This document shows positions 1 to 9,747 of a DNA stretch of 64,000 nt, in pieces. The notes below the pieces were generated by a model, which did no database searches, was not told the origin of the DNA, and saw nothing but the letters and a program-made list of their open reading frames with translations. The first letter of the stretch is position 1. Every line of letters begins with the position of its first letter. The DNA is from Gemmatimonadota bacterium (GTDB taxonomy: Bacteria; Gemmatimonadota; Gemmatimonadetes; Gemmatimonadales; Gemmatimonadaceae): contig JAZJZK010000007.1 in NCBI GenBank assembly GCA_040389905.1, positions 255,492-319,491 of the forward strand, read 5' to 3'. The translations under genes were made by a program, and so were the position numbers.

Positions 1-868
1 CCGCGACTATGCCAAGCGAGTGTGGGACAATTCCGGCGAAGACAATGTGCTCTTCCTGGCAGGTGGCATTGCATTCAACATCCTGCTGGCCGCCGTTCCC
101 TTCGTGCTGCTACTGGTCTGGTTCCTCACCTTTCTGTTGAACCAGTCCTCGGCAAACGCGAACGAAGTCGTCATTCACTACATCGACAAGCTGCTTCCCG
201 AGCATCGCGAACTGGCCACGGCACCGGAACACATGTTGATCAACAACATGCTCGCCGGACACAACCAGCTCCCGATCTGGAGCTCGATCGGCTTCGTCTG
301 GTTTTCGACACGACTGTTCGGATCGCTTCGCACGGTACTGGCGAGCGTCTTCGACATCGAGAACGAGCGCAGCATCATCGGCGGAAAAATCTTCGACATC
401 CAGATCACGATCTTGTCGACGGTATTGATCACGGCCAACACGCTCATCAGTGGATACGTGCTGCTCGCCACGAAGAGCAGCGTGCGATTGCTGGAGGACC
501 TTGGCATCCGCCACGACGTGATGGGGCGGGCAACAGCAGCGGGGACGCACCTCGTGGCGTCCGGACTGCTGGCCACGATGTTCTTCTCGCTCTACAAGTT
601 CTTGCCCGTTCGTCGCGTGCGCACGCGCACCGCATGGGTGGCCGCCGGCTTCACGACAGTGATGTTCGAACTCGCGAAATTCGCTTTCGCCGCGTATGCG
701 GTGCAATTCAAGCCGGCGTCGCTCTATAGCGGATCGGTCGCGACCATCGTGCTCGTGGTCGTCTGGGTCTACTATGCCGCACTCATCTTCATCCTCGGTG
801 GGGAAGTGGGGCAGGTGTACGAGCTGAGGCGCACGCGTAAACGGCAACGCGAGGTCTTCCTCGACTGA
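1..868 (+). CDS. YihY/virulence factor BrkB family membrane protein (5' end outside window)
   Basis: Multi-TM protein with family-like motifs 'AGGIAFNILLAAVPF', 'LYKFLP', 'YGS-like..VVWVYYAALIFILGGE'; frame is open to the window edge. Confidence 0.85.
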   Translation, partial: RDYAKRVWDNSGEDNVLFLAGGIAFNILLAAVPFVLLLVWFLTFLLNQSSANANEVVIHYIDKLLPEHRELATAPEHMLINNMLAGHNQLPIWSSIGFVWFSTRLFGSLRTVLASVFDIENERSIIGGKIFDIQITILSTVLITANTLISGYVLLATKSSVRLLEDLGIRHDVMGRATAAGTHLVASGLLATMFFSLYKFLPVRRVRTRTAWVAAGFTTVMFELAKFAFAAYAVQFKPASLYSGSVATIVLVVVWVYYAALIFILGGEVGQVYELRRTRKRQREVFLD

Positions 869-903
869 CGAAGTGCTCGCTGCATCGCGTTGAAGCGGGC
901 ACG

Positions 904-918
904 TGGCTCAAAGGTTGC
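904..918 (+). promoter_or_regulatory. sigma54-like -24/-12 promoter
   Basis: TGGCTCAAAGGTTGC = GG-N10-GC with TTGC, about 40 nt upstream of the GGAGG RBS/ATG at 959. Confidence 0.5.
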
Positions 919-958
919 CTTTGAACGGCGCGAACGCGCCACCCAGGGAGGCAACCCC

Positions 959-1231
959 ATGCGCAAGATGCTACTCGGCGCCGTCTTACTCACTCTGCCA
1001 CTCGCAGCGTGCAAGAAAGTCGGCGATGACACGTACCAGGTGAAGACACCAACCGTCGGTTTGGACACCCATACCGTGACGACGCCCAGCGTCGACGTTG
1101 GTTCGAAGATCGACACCATCAATACCCCGACGATCGGAACGAAGAAGGACACGATCATCATCGACAAGCCGGTGGTCGGCACGAAGAAGACGGAAGTGAA
1201 GGTGCCGACGGTGACCGTGAAGAAGCCCTGA
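959..1231 (+). CDS. Small lipoprotein with Thr/Val/Pro-rich repeats
   Basis: RBS GGAGG; signal peptide with lipobox LAAC; repeated 'P(T/S/V)(V/I)G..K.DT' units. Confidence 0.7.
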   Translation: MRKMLLGAVLLTLPLAACKKVGDDTYQVKTPTVGLDTHTVTTPSVDVGSKIDTINTPTIGTKKDTIIIDKPVVGTKKTEVKVPTVTVKKP

Positions 1232-1234
1232 CGT

Positions 1235-1353
1235 AGGGGACAGGGGACAGGGGACAGGGGACAGGGGACAGGGGACAGGGGACAGGAAGGGCACACCGAA
1301 CTAGCTTCGTTGTGCTGTTCCTGTCCCCTGTCCCCTGTCCCCTGTCCCCTGTC
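1235..1353. repeat. Inverted pair of heptamer tracts (AGGGGAC)n ... (CTGTCCC)n
   Basis: About 7 copies at 1235-1286 and 4-5 reverse-complement copies at 1320-1353. Confidence 0.95.
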
Positions 1354-1356
1354 ACC

Positions 1357-2406
1357 TTGCCAACAGATATCCGCTCCGACACAGTCACCAAGCCGTCGCT
1401 CGCCATGCGCCAGGCTATGGCAAATGCCGAGGTTGGCGATGACGTCCTCGACGGCGATCCCACGGTTGCCCGCGTAGAGTCTCGTGTTGCCGAGTTGCTG
1501 GGGAAGGAGGCCGCGCTCTACTTCCCCACGGGTTCGATGGCGAACATGACCGGCGTCGCCGTGTGGGCCTCACAGGGCTCCGAGGCGGTGCTCGACGCCG
1601 ATGCGCACATCATTCAGGGCGAGATGGCGGGCGTTGCCGCCCTCTTTGGCGTGCAGATCCGGCCTGCCCAGCCCGCGAACGGCCGCATCGTGATGGGGGC
1701 GGACGATCTACGCAGCGCGCTCCGGCCTCCCTCGAAGCACGATCCGGTCATCAGTGTGATCTGCCTGGAGAACACGCACAACGGCGCCGGCGGAAAGGTG
1801 TCGACACTGTCCGAGATGCGTGCGCTCGTTGACGTCGCCCGAGAGCACGGCATTCCCGTGCACCTCGATGGCGCGCGGCTGTGGAATGCGAGTGCAGCCA
1901 CTGGAACGTCGCTCGCCGATTTCGCTGCCTGCGCTGACACCGTGATGCTGAGCTTCTCGAAGGGCCTTGGTTGCCCTGTGGGCGCCATTCTCACCGGCGA
2001 CGCCAAGGCGATCCGGCGCGCGCACGCCATTCGGAAGCGATTGGGCGGCGGGATGCGCCAGTCCGGCATCATCGCCGCGGCGGCGCTGTACGGGCTGGAG
2101 AACAACCTCGAGCGCCTGCCGGAAGATCACTTGAAGGCGCGGACCTTCGCTGAGCTCGTGAGCGGCGCCGGCGGCGCGCGCGTCGTCTGGCCGGATACGA
2201 ATATCGTGATGATCGACCTGCCGTCGGGACTCTCGAGTGGCATGGTTGCAACGCGCGCGGCGGAAAACGGCGTGCTCATCAGCGAGTGGAATCCCACCCG
2301 CGTGCGCGCGGTGGCGCATCTCGACGTGAGCGCTGCCGAGATGATGCAGGCGGCGGCCGTGGTTCGGGCGGCGATCGAGGGGTGCGCAGCTCAAGTCCGC
2401 GAGTGA
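1357..2406 (+). CDS. ltaE: Low-specificity L-threonine aldolase (PLP)
   Basis: 'DIRSDTVT', 'VGDDV..DPT', 'ENTHN', 'HLDGARLWNA', 'SFSKGLG.PVG', 'GGGMRQSG'; start uncertain (TTG 1357; the ORF-track extension is the heptamer repeat). Confidence 0.92.
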   Translation: MPTDIRSDTVTKPSLAMRQAMANAEVGDDVLDGDPTVARVESRVAELLGKEAALYFPTGSMANMTGVAVWASQGSEAVLDADAHIIQGEMAGVAALFGVQIRPAQPANGRIVMGADDLRSALRPPSKHDPVISVICLENTHNGAGGKVSTLSEMRALVDVAREHGIPVHLDGARLWNASAATGTSLADFAACADTVMLSFSKGLGCPVGAILTGDAKAIRRAHAIRKRLGGGMRQSGIIAAAALYGLENNLERLPEDHLKARTFAELVSGAGGARVVWPDTNIVMIDLPSGLSSGMVATRAAENGVLISEWNPTRVRAVAHLDVSAAEMMQAAAVVRAAIEGCAAQVRE

Positions 2407-2442
2407 GGCTTGGAGCGTGTTCGGCGCCACATTATATTTCGC

Positions 2443-2544
2443 GTGTCCCAGGTCCCGAAGGGCGGCAGCCTTCTAACTCCGTCAGGACCCCGAAGGTAGC
2501 AGCGGCATGAGGTGTCTGACGTCGCTTCGTCAGGCCTGGGATAC
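2443..2544 (+). ncRNA. ffs: Signal recognition particle RNA (4.5S)
   Basis: Domain IV motif CCGTCAGGACCCCGAAGGTAGCAGCGG; closing stem GTGTCCCAGG/CCTGGGATAC; -10 TATATT at 2433; typical position upstream of dnaX. Confidence 0.9.
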
Positions 2545-2549
2545 CCAAC

Positions 2550-2590
2550 GCGGGGAGCGGCTCTCATCGAGAGTTGGCTCCCCGCGTTTG
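2550..2590 (+). terminator. Hairpin downstream of ffs, probable terminator
   Basis: GCGGGGAGCGGCTCTC-ATC-GAGAGTTGGCTCCCCGC followed by GTTTG. Confidence 0.6.
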
Positions 2591-2624
2591 CTATCGGACT
2601 GCGAAACGAACGTACGGAAGTACC

Positions 2625-2846
2625 CAGTACACCCAAGACGTACGACGTACCCTGCCCCCTGTATCGGGACTGGCATCCAACCCAAGAGGAGCCATCGACA
2701 CAGTCGATGGCGACGACCCAATGCCAAACGCCGTCCGAAGTCGAGGACGGCGTTATTCGTGATGCGACTCTCTGATGGCTCTTCTTGACCGGTATGCCAG
2801 TCCGGGTACCCGATTCCGGGTACCTCGTACGTCGGTGGTTGTACTG
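2625..2846. repeat. GTAC-rich long inverted-repeat element (copy 1)
   Basis: Arm 2625-2696 (CAGTAC...GGACTGGCAT...CAAGAGGAGCCATC) pairs with 2774-2846 (GATGGCTCTTCTTG...ATGCCAGTCC...GTACTG); homologous to 13766-14540. Confidence 0.9.
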
Positions 2847-2884
2847 TGCACCCGGTGCGCCAGTTCTGCTTGTAGATTTCGTGT

Positions 2885-4699
2885 ATGGCTCTGGCCCTCG
2901 CTAGGAAGTACCGCCCCAAGACCTTCGCCGACGTCGCCGTGCAGGGTCACGTCGCCGCGACGCTCAAGGGTGCCATCGCCCGGAATCGTGTCGCGCACGG
3001 CTACCTGCTTTGCGGCCCGCGCGGCGTCGGGAAGACGACGCTCGCTCGCGTGCTGGCGATGGCACTCAACTGCGACCGGCGGGGCGACCCGGCCCTCGGT
3101 GGTGAGCCATGCGGCGAATGCCCGTCATGCACACGCATCTGGTCCGGTTCGTCCAGTCTCGACGTCGTCGAGATCGATGCGGCGTCGAACCGCGGCGTTG
3201 ATGACGCCCGCGAGCTTCGTGAGCGCGCCATGTATGCACCGTCGGGCGATGAGACGTACAAGGTCTACATCGTGGACGAAGCCCACATGCTCACGCGCGA
3301 GGCCTGGAACACTCTCCTGAAGGTGCTCGAGGAGCCACCGCCGCGCGTGGTGTTCGTGTTCGCCACCACCGAGCCGCAGAAGATCGCCCAGGCGGCGGCT
3401 CCCGTGTTGAGTCGCCTGCAGCGCTTCGATTTCAAGCGGATCGGCCCAGCGGAAATCCGGATTCGTCTCGAGCGCGTGCTCGCTGACGAGGGCGTGACGG
3501 CGCATCCCGATGCCCTCGCGATGATCGCTCGTGCGGCCGACGGCTCCATGCGCGACGCGCTCTCGCTGACCGACCAGGTGCTGTCGATGGGCGACGGTGA
3601 CGTTGCTCCCGAGCGCGTGCGCGACGCACTTGGCCTCGTCCCGGAAGACGAATTCGTCGCGCTGCTCGACTTGCTGGCCGACCGCCGAGCGGGTGACGTG
3701 TTTGCGTTCGTCGGTCGTCTTGCGGATGCGGGGATCGATTTCGGCCAGTTCCTCACGGGATTTGCCGACATGGTGCGCGCGCAACTGGCGGTCACGCTCG
3801 GCGGCGTGGCCGCCGAAACGAGCGACCGAATTCGCGACGCGCTCGCGGCACGAACCGAGGTGTATTCCGCGGGAGATCTTTTGCGCATGCTCGCGGCGCT
3901 GACGGAACTCGAGCCCAGATTCCGGAAGAGTGGGCAGCAGCAGTTGCTCCTCGAGGCCCTGCTCGTTCGCTTCGCGTTGCTGGATCGCACGGTGTCACTG
4001 GAAGCGATGCTGCGCCACGTCGGTGGCGGAGGGACCGGCGGCGCGCTGCCGGACGAGGAGCGCACGCCCCGGCGGTCGGCGCCGCCAATGCCTGCTCCCG
4101 CCCCCGTGCAGGCCGCACCGGCAACCGCACCGGCGCCCGCCTCGACAGCGGAGAAGGCCGTTCCGCCGCGTCCGCAGGGCGACGCATCAGCCGATTGGCG
4201 CGTCGCGATCAAGGACGCAGACCGTCCAGCGCTCACAGTTCCGGAAGCGCCGCCGGCGCCGCTCAGGCCGGCCTCTCCGGCGAAACCGGCGCAGGCGCCG
4301 CCGGGCGCATCGATACCCGACGTCAGCGCGCTGGCGGAGCGGTGGGACGAGGTGGTTTCGGCGCTTCGGTCGGCAGGAAAGAGTCTCGCCGCGACGGCGC
4401 TTGCCCACTCGACGCCGACCTCCGTGACGGCCAAAGGCGAAGTCCTCATCTCGCTCGACGAAGCCAATCCCATTCACGAACAGGCGCTCGACAGCGTGAA
4501 GGGAGACATCACGGTGCTGCTGAATGGCTGGTATCCGGCCATCCAGCGTGTGGTCGTTCGCGCTCCGGCCAGCTCTACGACTCCGCCCACGCGGCTGACC
4601 GACGAAATGGTGCGTTCGGAGCGACTGACGTCGCTTCGGCGCAAGGATCCCGTTCTCGATCGTGCCGTCGACGTCCTCGATTTGGATCTCGCGGATTAG
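2885..4699 (+). CDS. dnaX: DNA polymerase III subunit gamma/tau
   Basis: 'LARKYRP', Walker A 'GPRGVGKTT', zinc Cys cluster, 'EIDAASNRGVDD', 'DEAHML', 'LEEPP'; Pro/Ala linker. Confidence 0.98.
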   Translation: MALALARKYRPKTFADVAVQGHVAATLKGAIARNRVAHGYLLCGPRGVGKTTLARVLAMALNCDRRGDPALGGEPCGECPSCTRIWSGSSSLDVVEIDAASNRGVDDARELRERAMYAPSGDETYKVYIVDEAHMLTREAWNTLLKVLEEPPPRVVFVFATTEPQKIAQAAAPVLSRLQRFDFKRIGPAEIRIRLERVLADEGVTAHPDALAMIARAADGSMRDALSLTDQVLSMGDGDVAPERVRDALGLVPEDEFVALLDLLADRRAGDVFAFVGRLADAGIDFGQFLTGFADMVRAQLAVTLGGVAAETSDRIRDALAARTEVYSAGDLLRMLAALTELEPRFRKSGQQQLLLEALLVRFALLDRTVSLEAMLRHVGGGGTGGALPDEERTPRRSAPPMPAPAPVQAAPATAPAPASTAEKAVPPRPQGDASADWRVAIKDADRPALTVPEAPPAPLRPASPAKPAQAPPGASIPDVSALAERWDEVVSALRSAGKSLAATALAHSTPTSVTAKGEVLISLDEANPIHEQALDSVKGDITVLLNGWYPAIQRVVVRAPASSTTPPTRLTDEMVRSERLTSLRRKDPVLDRAVDVLDLDLAD

Positions 4700-4728
4700 G
4701 TGACGTTCCGCCGGTGAGCGATTCGCTC

Positions 4729-4765
4729 GTTTTGTCGCCCTGAGCGACGCGAAGGGCCCGCACCT
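4729..4765 (+). repeat. REP-like palindrome, family A
   Basis: GTTTTGTCGCCCTGAGCGACGCGAAGGGCCCGCACCT; same unit at 8146, 9674, 24320, 28219-28365, 58984, 62558. Confidence 0.9.
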
Positions 4766-5068
4766 GACGAACGCGGGGTCGCACAACTGGTATTCCGTGT
4801 TGTTTGGAGTATTTCACCTCGGCGGGCCACAACGACCCAACGGGAGGAGCGCCAACGCTTTTGATCCTCGGGACGCGTCTCGCACTGTAGGAGCGTCCCG
4901 GAAAATCCGCTCAATCCGTAGAATCCGCTCCCCAAACCTGGGTCGGTGTGGCTAGCGCTGGCGGATCAACGCTCGCCAACGCGAGCAGGTACTCTCCGTT
5001 CCACCTGTAGTTGCCACGACACCGCGACGCGGCATAGCTTACCACGTTCACACTGAGTCGCGCAGGCA

Positions 5069-5380
5069 ATGGCAGATTTCATGAAAATCCTGCAACAAGC
5101 GCAGGAGATGCAGGGTAAGTTTCAGGCGCTGCAGAGCGACCTTCAGAAGGAGATGGTGTCGGCGTCTGCGGGTGGTGGGATGGTGAGGGTCGAAGCGAAC
5201 GGTCAGGGTACGGTGCGGTCGATCAAGATCGATCCGAGCGTGGTCAACGCGTCGGATGTCGAGATGCTCGAGGACCTGATCCTCGTCGCGGTCACGGAGG
5301 CGCAGAAAAAGGCACAGGACATCGCGCAGCGCGAGATGGGCAAGCTGACCGGCGGTCTGCCGTTCAAGCTCCCGTTCTAG
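5069..5380 (+). CDS. ybaB: YbaB/EbfC nucleoid-associated protein
   Basis: 'AGGGMV.V..NG', 'D.EMLEDLILVA'; lies between dnaX and recR. Confidence 0.96.
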   Translation: MADFMKILQQAQEMQGKFQALQSDLQKEMVSASAGGGMVRVEANGQGTVRSIKIDPSVVNASDVEMLEDLILVAVTEAQKKAQDIAQREMGKLTGGLPFKLPF

Positions 5381-5392
5381 TCTCGGGCGACC

Positions 5393-5980
5393 ATGTCGGC
5401 AATCGATGAGCTCACCGGAGAGCTGGCCAGGCTACCCGGCATCGGGCGCAAGACCGCGCTTCGGCTCACATATCATCTCCTCAAGCAGCCACCGGAGCAG
5501 AGTCGCCGGCTGGCAGACGCATTGAGGACGCTGTCCGAAAAGATCAGGCCCTGCTCGCGGTGCTTCAATTTGACGGAAGAGGTGTTGTGCGTCATCTGTC
5601 GTGATGCGCGGCGGGATCCCGCGCTGATCTGTGTGGTCGAGGAGGCCGCGGACATCAGTGCGATCGAACGTGCAGGCGAGTATCGTGGACACTATCATGT
5701 GCTGGGCGGTCGGCTCTCACCTCTCGACGGCGTGACACCGGATGACCTGAACATTCCGCAGCTGCTCGTCCGGGTCGAAGGCGGTGCGGTGCGCGAGGTG
5801 ATCCTGGCCACCAACCCGAGTCTCGAGGGCGAGGCGACGGCGCTTTACGTTCAGCGCCAGTTGGCAGCGCATGAGCTGTCGGTCACACGGATTGCGCGCG
5901 GGCTGCCGGTTGGTGGTGATCTGGAGTACGCAGATGGCGTGACGATTGCCCAGGCGCTGTCGGCGCGGAGGGCCATGTGA
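5393..5980 (+). CDS. recR: Recombination mediator RecR
   Basis: 'LPGIGRKTALRL', C4 zinc finger, 'YHVLGGRLSPLDG', 'ATNPSLEGEAT', 'ARGLPVGGDLEYAD'. Confidence 0.98.
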   Translation: MSAIDELTGELARLPGIGRKTALRLTYHLLKQPPEQSRRLADALRTLSEKIRPCSRCFNLTEEVLCVICRDARRDPALICVVEEAADISAIERAGEYRGHYHVLGGRLSPLDGVTPDDLNIPQLLVRVEGGAVREVILATNPSLEGEATALYVQRQLAAHELSVTRIARGLPVGGDLEYADGVTIAQALSARRAM

Positions 5981-6273
5981 GGGTTGTTGACCGCACACGG
6001 CTGGCGGGCGTCGCCTTCCTTGGCGGTTTGGCAGCGGGTATGCTAGTGTGGAGTGCGCAAGTGCAACGAAGCCGGCGCGATCTATTCAACCGGTCGCCGA
6101 TCAAGCGTCTGGCTGCGTTGGGGTACCTCGGGAGTCAGTTCAGTTTCGAAACGGCGCGCCTGCTCACCGAGTACGTTCGGTGGGAGAAGCGTCCGATGCT
6201 CCGTCAGCGCGGCCAGCATCTGCTGCGTCGCTTGGAAGCTCACCTCGATCAGGCAAGATCCTCATGCCCGTAG
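5977..6273 (+). CDS. Small membrane-anchored hypothetical protein
   Basis: N-terminal TM helix then a HEAT-like helical segment; start overlaps the recR stop and end overlaps the mglB start. Confidence 0.7.
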   Translation: MRVVDRTRLAGVAFLGGLAAGMLVWSAQVQRSRRDLFNRSPIKRLAALGYLGSQFSFETARLLTEYVRWEKRPMLRQRGQHLLRRLEAHLDQARSSCP

Positions 6274-6752
6274 GCGCAGCGAGCTGGTCGTTCACCGAAG
6301 ACGACTTCGCCGCGATCACCGAGTCGCTCAACCGCTTTCTCTACGAGAGCAACGCGCGCTGCTCGATGCTCGTCGACCGAAGTGGGCAACTCGTGGCGAC
6401 CGTTGGCGAACAGCCGAAATTCGACGCGACGGCGTTCGCCACGCTCACGGCGGCGGATTTCAGCGCGAACGACCAATTGGCGAAACTGGTTGGTGAGACG
6501 GACTTCAACTCGCTGTTCCATCAGGGCGAGAAAGAATCGATGTATCTCGCCGATGTGGCGCGACGCGTGATTCTCGTGGTGCTGTTCGACAACCGGACGA
6601 CCCTCGGCCTGGTCCGACTCAAGATGAAGGGAACGGTGGAAGAGCTCACGACGTTGTTCCAGCAGGTGTTCTCTCGCCCGACGCAGGCGCAAGGCGGCGC
6701 TCCCGGCCTGCTCGCCGGCGCCGATGATGAAATCGACAAGCTGTTCCAATAG
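6264..6752 (+). CDS. mglB: Roadblock/LC7 protein MglB (GAP for MglA)
   Basis: 'LVDRSGQLVA', 'LAKLVGE.DFNSLFHQGEKES', 'FDNRTTLGLVRL', C-terminal 'DDEIDKLF'; directly upstream of mglA. Confidence 0.93.
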   Translation: MPVGAASWSFTEDDFAAITESLNRFLYESNARCSMLVDRSGQLVATVGEQPKFDATAFATLTAADFSANDQLAKLVGETDFNSLFHQGEKESMYLADVARRVILVVLFDNRTTLGLVRLKMKGTVEELTTLFQQVFSRPTQAQGGAPGLLAGADDEIDKLFQ

Positions 6753-6764
6753 GAGACGACAGCC

Positions 6765-7442
6765 ATGTCGATGATCAACTACGCGTCACGCGAGATCAAC
6801 TGCAAAATCGTGTACTACGGCTCGGGACTCGGCGGCAAGACCACGAATCTCGAGCATGTGTACGGCAAGGTGCAGCCGGATACCCGCGGCAAGCTCATCT
6901 CCCTCGCCACCGAAACCGAGCGCACGCTGTTTTTCGATTTCCTGCCGGTGGATCTCGGAACCATCCGCGGTTTCAAGACCCGCTTCCACCTGTATACGGT
7001 GCCGGGGCAGGTCTACTACAACGCGAGCCGAAAGCTCATCCTCAAGGGTGTCGATGGCCTCGTCTTCGTCGCGGATTCGCAGGTCGAGCGCATGGAAGCG
7101 AATCAGGAAGCGATGCAGAATCTTTACGACAACATGGCCGAGTACGGCTATGATTTGACGAAGATGCCGTTCATTATCCAGTACAACAAGCGCGATCTTC
7201 CGAACGCGGCACCGTTGAGTGAGCTCCAGGCCGCACTCAACCCCGGTTGGGAAGTCACGGACCCCGCAAAGCAGCGTGTCACGCCGGATCCGTATCATGC
7301 CGGCGAGAATCTCATCGAACAGCTGCCCACGGGTGAGTGGGTCGAGCGGGCGCAGTATTTCGAGGCCGTTGCGATGACGGGTGATGGTGTGTTCGAGACG
7401 CTCCGTGGCGTCAGCAAGCTGGTGCTCAAGTCCCTCGCATGA
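6765..7442 (+). CDS. mglA: MglA-family small Ras-like GTPase
   Basis: '[25 protein letters not shown]', '[11 protein letters not shown]', 'LYTVPGQV', 'QYNKRDL'. Confidence 0.96.
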   Translation: MSMINYASREINCKIVYYGSGLGGKTTNLEHVYGKVQPDTRGKLISLATETERTLFFDFLPVDLGTIRGFKTRFHLYTVPGQVYYNASRKLILKGVDGLVFVADSQVERMEANQEAMQNLYDNMAEYGYDLTKMPFIIQYNKRDLPNAAPLSELQAALNPGWEVTDPAKQRVTPDPYHAGENLIEQLPTGEWVERAQYFEAVAMTGDGVFETLRGVSKLVLKSLA

Positions 7443-8122
7443 ACCTTCCCAACGCCGTCACCGCCGGTCGCATCGCTGTCACGCCGCTCATCGCGTGGCT
7501 GCCACTTGCGCCGTCGTCGGCGTTGCGCCTCATCGCATTCCTGCTGTTCCTCATCGCCGCGATCACGGATTACATCGACGGGCAGCTTGCGCGGTCACGC
7601 AAGGAAGAAACCGATCTCGGTCGCTTGCTCGACCCCCTCGCGGACAAGCTGTTGCTCGTGGGCACCTGCATTCCGATGTTCATGCTCATGCGCCCCGTTT
7701 CGAGCGTCGCGAACTCGTGGCCGTCCAAGGCATTGGAGAACATCTTCCCGTTCCGCACCCCCTTCGGCGACGTTCCGCTCGCGTGGTGGGTGCTTGCCGT
7801 TGTACTCGGTCGCGAGCTGTTCATGACGATCTTCCGCCAGGTCGCGGCTCGTCGGGGCATTGTCATCTCGGCAATCGGGCCCGCGAAATGGAAGACGGCG
7901 CTGCAACTCATCTGGATCGGCGCGGCGTATTGCTGGTTCTTTGCGGCGACGCTTGCAGCCACCGAGGGGTGGGACACGACGCTGTGGAACAGCTTCGCCA
8001 ACTTCAACGGCATCGTCGGCGTGGCGGCCATGACGGGCTCGGTGCTGCTGACGCTGTATTCCCTCGTGCTCTACATGCGGTCGTATTCCCGCGTGTTCAC
8101 CGGGGCTCCGACGCGCGTCTAG
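7439..8122 (+). CDS. pgsA: CDP-alcohol phosphatidyltransferase (PGP synthase)
   Basis: 'MNLPNAVT', '[25 protein letters not shown]', 'RELFMT', 'KWKT..Q'. Confidence 0.9.
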   Translation: MNLPNAVTAGRIAVTPLIAWLPLAPSSALRLIAFLLFLIAAITDYIDGQLARSRKEETDLGRLLDPLADKLLLVGTCIPMFMLMRPVSSVANSWPSKALENIFPFRTPFGDVPLAWWVLAVVLGRELFMTIFRQVAARRGIVISAIGPAKWKTALQLIWIGAAYCWFFAATLAATEGWDTTLWNSFANFNGIVGVAAMTGSVLLTLYSLVLYMRSYSRVFTGAPTRV

Positions 8123-8145
8123 CTCGCGGCGACTATTCCTCCGTT

Positions 8146-8196
8146 CGTTTTGTCGCCTGCCTGCCCTCGAGGAGCGCAGGGAAGGGCCCGCACCTA
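8146..8196 (+). repeat. REP family A variant with internal insert
   Basis: GTTTTGTCGCC-[TGCCTGCCCTCGAGGAGCGCAGG]-GAAGGGCCCGCACCT; a similar insert occurs at ~62585. Confidence 0.75.
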
Positions 8197-8241
8197 TCGT
8201 TGTGAGCCCAGATGAAACCCACCCCGAAATCTGAACGACGG

Positions 8242-8375
8242 TGCACCGGCACATTGAACGCGGATTGAGCGGATTGAAAGCGGATAAGTTCTGATTTCAA
8301 ACTTCCTTCTTGAAGTAGCTTTATCAGATGTGATCCGCCTCCATCTGCTCGATCCGCGTTCAATGTGCCGGTGCA
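8242..8375. repeat. 'GCGGATT' inverted-repeat element, family C
   Basis: TGCACCGGCACATTGAACGCGGATTGAGCGGA ... ATCCGCGTTCAATGTGCCGGTGCA; also at 18843 and 54996. Confidence 0.92.
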
Positions 8376-8396
8376 AAGATCCTAGGATGGCCAAGG

Positions 8397-9644
8397 ATGA
8401 AAATTGAAGTCGTAACCATCGGCGACGAGCTGTTGCTCGGCTTCACCATCGACACCAACGCCGCACACCTCGCACGCACACTCGCCGCAGAAGGCGTCGA
8501 GATCGAGCGCCGGACAACATGCGGCGATACCGCGGAGTCCATCGCCACCGCCGTGCGCGAGGCGCTCGATCGCACCGGCGCCGTAATCACCACCGGCGGC
8601 CTTGGGCCCACGAGCGACGACCTCACCAAACCCTCCATCGCCGCGCTCTTCGGGCGCGAGATGGTCCTCGACCAGGAGCATCTCGACTGGATGCGGGAGC
8701 GGTGGCGGACGCGCTTTCAACGGCCGATGCCCGAATCGAATGTCCAGCAAGCCATGCTGCCGGCAGGTGCTCGTAAGTTGACCAACAATCACGGCTCGGC
8801 GCCCGGTATCTGGCTCGAGGATGAGCAGGGGCGGTGGGTCGCGATGCTTCCCGGTGTTCCCCGCGAAATGCGGGGAATGCTCGCCGACACCCTGCTTCCC
8901 CTGGTGCGCGAGCGACTCGGTGGCGACCATCGCGTCGTGCGGTCGCGCACGTTGCGTACGACTGGAATCGGCGAGTCGCATATCGCCGATCTGGTGGCCA
9001 CAATACCCGGTGGAGTCGGCGACGTCGGGCTGGCGTACCTGCCAAACGCCGATGGAACCGACCTGCGTCTTACCGTGCGCGGCGCCACCTCAGCGGATGC
9101 GGATGCCCGGCTCGGCGAAGCCGCGGCGAAGCTCTCTACAGTGGTTGGGGCGGCAACCTACGGAGAGGACCGAGCCGATCTGGCTGCCGTCGTGCTGGAC
9201 CTCTGTCGCGCACGCAGCATTTCCATCGGCGTCGCCGAAAGCTGCACCGGCGGCATGCTCGGCGCGCGGTTGACGGCTGTCCCCGGCAGCAGTGATGTCG
9301 TTCGAGGCGGCGTGATTTCCTATGACGACGCCATCAAGACGTCACTGCTCGGCGTTCCGGTCGACCTGTTGCAAGAGCACGGCGCGGTGAGCGAAGCGGT
9401 CGCGCGCGCGATGGCGGCCGGGGCGCGCGAACGGCTCGGCGTGCGGGCCGCGCTGGCGATTACCGGCATCGCGGGGCCCGGCGGCGGTTCGGAAACGAAG
9501 CCCGTGGGATTGGTCTGGATTTCGTTGGACCTCGACGGAGCCGTTGAGTCGCGCCGCTATATGATGGTCGGCGACCGCGGAGAGATACGGCACCGCTCGG
9601 CGCAGGCTGCCATGGAAATGCTTCGCCGCCGGCTGACAAGCTAA
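8397..9644 (+). CDS. cinA: Competence/damage-inducible protein CinA (MoCF-like domain plus NMN deamidase)
   Basis: 'IGDELLLG...DTNA', 'TGGLGPT.DDLT', 'LPGVPREM', 'AESCTGG', 'GAVSE', 'TGIAGPGG..KPVG'. Confidence 0.96.
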   Translation: MKIEVVTIGDELLLGFTIDTNAAHLARTLAAEGVEIERRTTCGDTAESIATAVREALDRTGAVITTGGLGPTSDDLTKPSIAALFGREMVLDQEHLDWMRERWRTRFQRPMPESNVQQAMLPAGARKLTNNHGSAPGIWLEDEQGRWVAMLPGVPREMRGMLADTLLPLVRERLGGDHRVVRSRTLRTTGIGESHIADLVATIPGGVGDVGLAYLPNADGTDLRLTVRGATSADADARLGEAAAKLSTVVGAATYGEDRADLAAVVLDLCRARSISIGVAESCTGGMLGARLTAVPGSSDVVRGGVISYDDAIKTSLLGVPVDLLQEHGAVSEAVARAMAAGARERLGVRAALAITGIAGPGGGSETKPVGLVWISLDLDGAVESRRYMMVGDRGEIRHRSAQAAMEMLRRRLTS

Positions 9645-9673
9645 GCGGGTCCGCATCTTATGCCGTTGCGCTT

Positions 9674-9710
9674 GTTTTGTCGCCCTGAGCGAAGCGAAGG
9701 GCCCGGACCT
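9674..9710 (+). repeat. REP-like palindrome, family A
   Basis: GTTTTGTCGCCCTGAGCGAAGCGAAGGGCCCGGACCT. Confidence 0.9.
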
Positions 9711-9747
9711 GTTGCTGCCGCTCATCCTATCCGCGACATTTAACCCT

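Noticed and set aside
772..1463. 'PCPLSPV' repeat proteins
   Set aside because: Artefact of the AGGGGAC heptamer tracts.
2885..4699. Programmed dnaX frameshift
   Set aside because: No A-AAA-AAG or poly-A/T slippery site seen.
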